Shown here piece by piece: positions 55,864 through 64,000 of a stretch of 64,000 nucleotides of DNA. The number at the start of each line of letters is the position of its first letter. Position 1 is the stretch's first letter. The stretch comes from Blastocladiella emersonii ATCC 22665 (taxonomy: Eukaryota > Fungi > Blastocladiomycota): contig JANHCV010000002.1 in NCBI GenBank assembly GCA_025594325.1, positions 744,001-808,000 of the forward strand. Reading direction: 5' to 3'. A program made the position numbers and the translations under genes. The notes under the pieces were generated by a model that ran no database searches, was not told the DNA's origin, and was given only the letters and a program-made list of their open reading frames with translations.

Positions 55864-57056
55864 ATGGCGACCACGGGCACTCAGACCAGCACCCCTACCA
55901 TGTAAGCGATCCATGAACCAACGACGCGCGCGCGTCCTCGTCACACGGGCTAACCCTCGCCTCGCCCGACGATTAAGGGAGTATCGCTACCTCGGCCGCT
56001 CGGGCCTGCGCGTCTCGGCCCTGTCGCTCGGCGGCTGGATCACTTACGGCGGCCAGGTGCGTGCGCTGCGCCGCGGCAATGAATGGCCGGGAACCGTACT
56101 CACGCTTCGTCGTGTGTGTGTAGTGCGGCGCCGACACGACGTACCAGTGCATGAAGGCGGCGTACGACCTGGGCATCAACTTCTTCGACACGGCCGAGGT
56201 GTACGCGGCGGGCCAGTCCGAGGTCGACATGGGCAACGCCATCAAGAAGCTCGGCGCGAAGCGCAGCGACCTCGTCATTTCGACCAAGATCTTCTGGGGC
56301 GGCAAGGGGCCCAACAGCCGCGGCCTGTCGCGCAAGCACATCATCGAGGGCCTGCGCGCGTCGCTCGCGCGGCTGCAGCTCGAGTACGTCGACGTCGTCT
56401 TCGCGCACCGGCCCGACCCCAACACGCCCATGGAGGAGATTGTGCGCGCCTTCAACCACGCCATGGACCGCGGATGGACCTTCTACTGGGGCACGTCCGA
56501 GTGGTCGGCCCAGCAGATCACTGAGGCCCACGCCGTCGCCGCGCGCCTCGGGCTCGTCGGCCCGACGTGCGAGCAGCCCCAGTACAACATGCTGCACCGC
56601 GAGAAGGTCGAGCGCGAGTTCCTCCCGCTCTTCGCCCAGTACGGCCTCGGCACCACCGTCTGGTCGCCGCTCGCCTCGGGCATCCTCACGGGCAAGTACC
56701 TCGACCCGGCCAACGTGCCCGCCGACTCGCGGTTCGCCATCACGGGCAACCCGCTCATGGAGCGCATGCGCCGCAACCTCACCACCGACGAGGGACTCGC
56801 CAAGATCGCCAAGGTCCGCCAGCTGTGCACCATCGCTGACAAGCTCGGCGCGACCCCCGCCCAGCTCGCCCTCGCGTGGTGCCTCCGCAACCCGAACGTC
56901 AGCTCCGTCATCACGGGCGCCAGTCGGCCGTCGCAGATCGCTGAGAACGTCCAGGCCCTCAACGTCGTCCCGCTCCTTACGCCCGAGATCGTCGCTGAGA
57001 TCGAGGACGTGCTGCTCAACAAGCCCGAGGCCGAGGTCAACTTCCGCGATCTCTGA
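55864..57056 (+). CDS. Aldo-keto reductase, voltage-gated K+ channel beta-subunit (KCNAB) family
   Basis: EYRYLGRSGLRVSALSLGGW, NFFDTAEVY, ISTKIFWG, GLSRKHI and WGTSEWSA motifs; two short 5' introns. Confidence 0.92.
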
Positions 57057-57224
57057 GTTTTGTCGATGTGTATTAAATGGATCGTCCTGCCCATCCACGC
57101 AGGAGTGCTTGCGAGAGAGACCGAGCGGTCGCGGCCTTCGCGGTGGGCTGAGCGCGTCCAAGTCAACGCGTCGCCACGCCTTCCGCTGCTCTCCCTCCCT
57201 CGCAGCGATGCGTTGATGTACACC

Positions 57225-59263
57225 ATGATGACAACCACCGACGACAACTCACCGCAATCGGCTCCGTCCTCGCCGCCCGTGCCCCGCCAGCGTCAGCGGT
57301 CGCTGTACCAGAGCCTGCGCATGCGCGAGCTCGCCGGGCCGGGCGACTTTCCCGCGTCGGTTCTCGCAACGCCTGCGCCGAGCGAGCCCGACCGCGAGGA
57401 AGACGAAGACGACGTCGACGATGAGCACGAGAGCAAGAAGACGCGCCGCGGCAGCTACGACCACGCCGCGTTCGCCGCACCCGACCTCGCACCCGCGGGG
57501 CTCACCGCGTCGTACGCGCCGTTCGCGCAGCGCATGACGACGGTCGGGCAGCTGCGCGGGCACACGGGGTGCGTCAACAGCGTGTACTGGTCCGAGCACG
57601 GCGAGTGGGTCGTGACGGGGTCCGACGACCTGCACATCAAGGTGTGGGACGGCGAGACGTTCGAGCTCGTCAACAGCTTCCACTCGGGCCACCGCGCCAA
57701 CATCTTCTCGGTCAAGTTCGTCCCCAACTCCGGGTTCCGCGAGTTTGTCAGCTGCGGCGCTGATGGTACGGTTGATGTCGCTTGTCGCCGCAAGAACGGG
57801 TCGTCTGACGGGAACTGCGGCGCGTGTTAGGCATGGTGCACTACAACCGGATCAGCGAGTCGGCGTCGGGCGTGCCGCGCGGCGGCGTCGAGGTCGGCGG
57901 GCGGTTCCCGTGCCACGACGACATGACCAACATGGTCGAGATCGACGCGCGCAACGACCGCATCTTCTACAGCTGCTCCGAGGACGGGCGCGTGAACCGG
58001 TACGACCTACGCGAGGCCACCAGCTGCGCGTGCGGCGGGTCCGAGGGGTGCCGCCGCCACACGCTCATCGACTACGCCGAGGTGGCGCGCGCGCGAACCG
58101 CCTCGGCGTCGGCCCGGGGGAACGCGAGCGCGAGCCCGCGCGCGTCCGCGCCCACGTCGCGGTTCATCCGCCAGCTCCTCTCGCTCGGGTCCCCCGAGGG
58201 CGTGTCGTGCATCGCACGGCCGCCCGCGCTCGACTCGACGCTCGCCACGGCGACCAACGACGACCGCGTGTCGCTGTTCGACCTGCGCATGCCCGCGCGC
58301 CCGTTCCACGTGTGGACGCCGCCGTACGCCGGGACCGACCGCCGGCTCCGTGTCCCGCACAAGATCACGGACCTGCGGTTCGACCCGCGCAGCGACCCGG
58401 CGCACCCCGAGTGCCTCGTGTCCGTCTCCGAGGGCGACCTGTACCTCCTCCGCCCGCCGCTCGCCGAGCCCGCGTCGGGCGCCGACGCCATCGTGCAGCG
58501 GTACCGCGGCCACCGCAACTCGCAGACAATGATCAAGGAGGCCAACTTCTTCGGCACCGACCGCATCCTCAGCGGGTCCGACGACGGGCTCGTGTACGTC
58601 TGGGACCGCAACTCGGCCCGCCTCCTCGACGCGGTCCCCGGCGACGGCGTCATCGTCAACTCGGTCCAGCCGCACCCGCACTTCCCGTACCTCCTCACGT
58701 CCGGCATCGACAACTCGGTCAAGATCCTCCAGCCCGTCGCTGACCCCGTCGCCGTCGACGTCGACGTCGCCGCGGACCTCCACGACGGGCTCGATCTCAA
58801 CGTCCCGCACGCCGACCTCGTCAAGACGCTCCGCACCACGCGCGTCCTCGGCGGCCGCGCGGGTCGCGTCGCGGGCGCCGTGTGGCGCAACCTCGTCGAG
58901 CGCCGCGGTCACGCCGACGACGATTTCGACAGCGGGTCGGGCGGCGCGTCGTCGTCGTCGTCGTCATCCGAGGAACCGAGCAGCAGCATCGACGGCGGCG
59001 AGGAAGAAGATGACGACGACGAGGTGCCCGGGACGTTCCAGGTGTTTGTTGAGCCCGGCACGTCCATCGGCGAGCTCATCAACGTGGTCCCCGGCTGGCT
59101 GCGCGCGGTGCTCCAGCAGGCCCTCGAACGCGAGGGCACGACCGGCGGTGTCGGTGCGAGTGGTGACGCGCAGCAGCAGCAGGAGACTGAGAGCGAGGAG
59201 GAGGAGGAGGCCGTGTCGGACGGCAACGAGAGCGGGTGGACCGACGCGTCGGACAACGAGTAG
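57225..59263 (+). CDS. WD40 protein, DCAF6/DCAF8/WDTC1 family (CUL4-DDB1 substrate receptor)
   Basis: LRGHTGCVNSVYW..GSDD, GHRANIFSVKF, YRGHRN..IKEANF and TSGIDNSVKI motifs; intron 57766-57830. Confidence 0.85.
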
Positions 59264-59847
59264 TGTGGTCGAGCCCGAGAGCAGCACGCCCATTTGTAAA
59301 TATCAACCCAACATGTCTCCATTTTCCTACCCTCGGTGCGGTGAGCAGACGACGACGCGACGCGAGGCGCAGCGCGAGGCGTTTCGGGTTCGAGAGGCGC
59401 GTGAGTCGAAGGCGTTCTGCGCGCGTCTGCATGCCACGTGACGCGTCGCTGTGCCGCGTTCTCGTCGCCCCGCCGGATCGGCGCGCTCGCGGCTGCCGCT
59501 CCCTTCCCCTCCCCGCCCATCGACCTGACCGTGCGCTGATCGACCCGACGACGTCGACAACTCGGCGCAACCGGCGTGTTTTGACCCCACCAAGCCCATC
59601 ACGCCATGTACGGTCGCCGCTGAGATGCCAATGGATCATCGGCTATGCTCCTCTCGCGCAATGGATCCCCGAGGTCTAACGTCATGCACCACCCCCATTT
59701 CCGCTCGCTGACAGATCTCGGGCACTTCACCAGCTGTCCACCCTGTAACTGCATCCCTCATCCCACTCGTCCGCCTCCAACACTTCCAAGACCAGCAACA
59801 GTAACCCACCTTCCCCAGCGTGCCCCCGCGTGCCCCCGCGTGCCGCA

Positions 59848-62800
59848 ATGAAGATCATCAGAACGCCCTCGCGGCGGCCGGCTGATCCAGTACGTTCGCG
59901 CATCCAGCTGCGCATTCGCCCGACGCGTTCTGACTTCCATCCGCGCGCACGTATCGTAGCCCGAGCCGCTCGCCGCGCTCATCCGCAACCTCGAGACGTG
60001 CCCCGAGGACCAGGTCGCGGCGCACTGCCGCACCCTCACCGAGTGGACCTTTGCGCGCGGCGACCTGTACCACTGGGTCCCCGTCCTCAACCGCTTCGAT
60101 GTGCTGCTCGCCACCATTGTCAAGGAGGGCGAGTTTGTCCGCATGAACCCCGACGCGCTCCGCCCCGAGCGCAAGGACACGCTGCTCGCCGTCCTCGCCT
60201 TCTCGCGCCTGCTCCTCGAGAGCTGCGCTAACCGCACCCTCTACGCCTCGTACGAGGTACGCTGCTGCTCGGCCGCTTCCACGACCGCCCCTTCGCGTGA
60301 TGCTGACCACCGCTGTACTGTAGCACCTCAACGAGCTGCTCTACTCGCAGGATCTCGACATCCTCGAGCACACGCTGTGGCTCCTGCTCCGCCCGGCGCA
60401 CCGCGCGTCGCAGCAGCGCCACCTGCGCAACGCGTTCGCCATCTCGCACGAGCGCCTCGCCACCCTCGCGCAGCCGCTCACCACCCGCGACGAGACCATG
60501 AGCGCGCTCCTCGCCCCCGACCACATGGTCAGCGACGATGCCAGCGCCATCGACTTCGGCTTCTACCGCGCCCACTCGGACGCCCCCGACGCGCTCCCCG
60601 AGGGCTTCGTGCACATCCGCCTCCCTGCCGACCAGGTCGCCGCCTCGTCGCTCGGCCTCGTCGCCTCGCTCATTGCCGAGCACCGCGTCCCGTACCCGAC
60701 GAACCCGCTCGCGGCGCCCTCGTTCGGCAACGTGGCCCTGATCCCGTTCAACCAGGAGGGCGCCAACCCGGCGTTTGCGCTCAAGCACCGCATCGTGGTC
60801 GCCCGCGGGCTCGCCCAGTCGCACGCCGTGCGCGCCAAGCTCGCCACGATCCGCGCCCTCGCCATCGCCGTCAGCGTCTACGTCATCACCGAGGAGCAGG
60901 CCGCCGCGACCAAGACGATCACCCACGACCTGATCCCGGACCTCGTCGAGCTCATGAACCCCGACACGGCCCACTCGCCATGGCCGCTCAAGGCCGCCGC
61001 CATGTACGCGCTCGTCGGCATCGCCCGGTTCCGCGGCCGCCTCCAGGAGGTGCTCCTCTCGCTCAACGCGTCCGTCTCGCACGGCGCCCTCCTCTCGATG
61101 CTCCGCCGCGCCGTCGCCCACGTCGCGACCAAGGACGACGGCGCCGCGCCCGCCGCTGCGACCGCCATGACCGTTGAGTTCTTTGACGGGCTGCATATGC
61201 TTGTCTCGATGCTCATGTCGCTCCAGAGCAGTGGGACCATGCTCCTCAACGCCGGCATCATGAGCGTGCTCGTCAACGCGCTCGACGCCGACGCCGACCG
61301 CCTCCGCCTCGGCACCAAGCTCGTCTCGCTCATCGACACGACCATCTTCGGGTACCCGAACGGGTTCACCACCTTCCACGCCGCGCAGGGGCTCACCAAG
61401 CTCGTGGCGCGCATCGAGCGCGAGGCCGCCGCGCTCGACTCGCTCCAGCCCGAGATGCTCGACCGCGTCGCGTGGTTCAAGTCACTGCTCAAGCTCGTCC
61501 TGCACATGGCGCAGTCCGTCAACGGCGTCGAGATGCGCGGCCTCGTCGACACGTCGCTCCCGCACTCGCTCGGCGCCGTGTTCCAGCACCTCCGCCTGCC
61601 CACCATCGCCGCCACCGCCATCAACGTGCTCGCCACCATGATCCACGCCGAGCCCACGCACCTCGCCATCCTCCAGGAGGCCAAGGTCGCGCACGCCCTC
61701 GTCGACGCGGTAGCCGCCGGTGTTCCCGCCAACTCGGACCTCATGGTCGGCCTGCCCAACGTGTTCGGCGCCCTCGCCCTCAACGCCGCCGGCCTCGAGT
61801 ACCTCACCCAGTCCAAGGCCGTCGAGACGCTCGTCCTCCAGTTCGCGTCGCCCGCGCACATGCGCGCCGTGTACGACGCCGACAGCGCGGCGCTCATCGG
61901 CGGCGGCATGGACGAGCTCATCCGCCACCAGCCGTCGCTCAAGCCCGTCGTCATGGACGCGGTCATCGCGGTCCTCAAGCAGACGCGCGAGCGGCTCGAG
62001 GCTGTCGGTACCGCCAACAGCGCGCGGCTGCTCCTCACGTCGGCCGACCCCGTCCCCGAGTCGCCCATCACCCAGGTCGCCGTCGACCAGCTCGAGCCCG
62101 TGTTCATGGTCGACTGCGCCACCAAGTTCCTCGACGGCATCCTGCAGTCGGGCACGCACCTCGAGGCGTTTGTCGCCAAGGAGGGTATCGAGGAGCTCCT
62201 CCCCTTCTACACGCTGCCCGGCCTGTCGTACATGTTCCCGACGTCGCAGGCGTCCTTCTCGCTGTCGCACCTGTTCCGCGTCCTCAGTGAGTCGGACGCG
62301 CAGATCGCGTGCTGCGCCATCGTGCGCCACGTCGAGCTCGCCCTCAACAAGTGGGACCCGAGCACCGCGCCCGACATGCGGTCTGGGATCCTCCCCGCGA
62401 CGCCCGCCGAGCGCGACGCCGTCGAGAACGCCCTGCGCACGCTCGTCCACCTGCACGGACTCGTCGGCCTGCTCAGCGACGTGTACTCGCCGCCGTCGTG
62501 GACGTCCAAGCACACGGCCGCGTACGTCGAGGAGGCGCTCAAGCACCTCGGCGAGGCCGGGCTCCGCAAGCTCGTCGCCCTGCACAAGTACTGCATGCAG
62601 CAGCTCATCGCGGTGCGCGCGTCGGTCGAGCCTAAGTACTACAACGACCCGAAGCGCACCAAGCCCAGCGGCACCCTGCTCGAGTCGTGGGGCGTGCCCG
62701 GGCTCGACGAGCCGATCCCGTACCCGGAGAACACGGCGGGCGCCGCGGCCCTCCCCGACACCAAGTCGCCCATCTACCACAACGTCAAATGCCTCCGCGC

Positions 62801-64000
62801 CGTCCTCTTCGAGCTGCACATGTGCCTCGTCCCGCTGTTCCATGGGTGCGCCCGTATGATCGTTGCCAAGCGGTCCTCGGACGCCCGCCACAAGAGCGTC
62901 AACCGCCGCGCCGCGCGCGCCCTCGTCGAGGCCATGCAGGGGTACTTTGCCGACCCCGCGCCCGCCGACCCCGCCGCCGCCCACATCTACCACCAGCACG
63001 TGCACGCCATCGTCACGCTCGTCCTCCTCGACGAGCGCACCGCGTCGGCCGTCCACGGCACCGTCCTCTACTACGCGCTCCAGTCGCCGCTCCTCGCGCT
63101 GCTCAAGCCCGCGACGGTCGCGGTCGGTACTACTGCGGCCGTGCTCCGCGGGCCCGGCAACAAGGTGCTCCTCGTCCCGGACCCCGTCCGCCAGGACATG
63201 TGGGCCACGCTGCTCCAGCACATGTCGCTGTCGCGCCAGTTCACCGAGTCGGCGTACTCGCACTCGCTGACCGACATGCCCGCGTTCGAGATCCACCACC
63301 TCGTCATCAAGGCGCGCACCTTCGTCCTCGGCGCCATCTTCGACCTCGACTTTGCCGCGCTCCCGCGCTCGTCGATCGTCCCGCTCCTCCGCGCCCTCGT
63401 CCACCTGCTCAAGGGCGACGGCGAGACCCCCGCGCCCGCCCGCGGCGCCGGCCGCGCCAACCTCGACGGGCTCTCCATCTTCACCGTGCCCCCGATCGCC
63501 GGCGGCGACGCTGCGGCCGGCGGGAACCCGATCCTCACGGCCGAGGCCGACTTCCTCAACCTGTTCCGCATGGCCGCTGGTCTCGGTGCCGCGCCCGGCG
63601 GCGGCGCCGGCGCCGGCGCTGCCCGCCCCGCGCGCCCGACGGCCGACCCCGCCGCGCTCGCCATGCTCACCGACATGGGCTTTGGCGAGGCCGTCGCCCG
63701 CGAGGCCCTTGTCCGCTGCCACAACAGCATCGAGCGCGCGGCCGAGTACATTCTGTCGCACCCGCAGCTCGAGTTCGAGATCCAGCAGCAGCAGCAGCAG
63801 TCGGCGCCCGCTACCGCGACGCCCACCGCGGCGACGCCGAACCCCGGTGCCGCATCCTCGTCGTCGTCGTCGTCCGCTCCCGCGGCTGCGGCGGAGGCGC
63901 CCGCTGCGCCCGCCGACGACGCCATGGAGGTGGACCAGCCCGCTGGCGAGTCCGCTGCGTCGTCGTCTTCGCAGGAGGAGGAGGCAGAGGAGGAGACCGA
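59848..64000 (+). CDS. TOM1: HECT E3 ubiquitin ligase TOM1/HUWE1 (5' part with DUF908, DUF913 and UBA; runs off the right edge)
   Basis: W.FARGDLYHWVPVLNRFD; ARM-like repeats; UBA LTDMGFGEAVAREAL...AAEYILSH; introns 59890-59959 and 60257-60323. Confidence 0.9.

Noticed and set aside
61482-63761. Long antisense or shadow ORFs (also 26649-28571 -, 8854-10548 -, 13626-15332 -, 52501-54234 +, 4094-5788 +)
   Set aside because: They are mirror frames of real genes with strong GC3 bias and have no independent motifs.

Overview
This is eukaryotic, very GC-rich, gene-dense DNA. Short introns (mostly 52-72 nt) have GTACG/GTGCG/GTATG donors and CTAAC/CTGAC branch points. Gene content (VRG4, GPI8, Yap1-type bZIP, M36 fungalysin, TOM1, UFD4) together with an Integrator INTS11 points to an early-diverging, non-Dikarya fungus, plausibly Blastocladiomycota; that assignment is an inference. 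About 30 protein-coding loci are supported, many in divergent pairs. They include two HECT E3 ligases truncated by the window ends, a roughly 1930-aa urea amidolyase (DUR1,2-type), WrbA-type quinone reductase, seipin, nitronate monooxygenase, TFIIE-beta, INTS11, fungalysin, an F-box-like/LRR protein, an EF-hand MscS channel, WBP4-like, 6-phosphogluconolactonase, Sam35/metaxin, TBC GAP, Yap1, RNF181-like, a Kv-beta AKR and a DCAF WD40 protein. The most unusual region is an intronless, less GC3-biased island at about 12.1-17.2 kb holding three tandem, highly diverged paralogs of a family I do not recognise. One copy is intact, one is split by a 1-bp frameshift and one by an in-frame TAG. Also notable are a low-complexity protein carrying an isolated integrase-type H2C2 zinc finger behind a predicted ~1-kb 5' intron, a repeat-rich intergenic stretch at 45.8-46.45 kb, and a 22-bp non-coding motif present twice. 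No rRNA, tRNA, CRISPR array or intact transposon was recognised.
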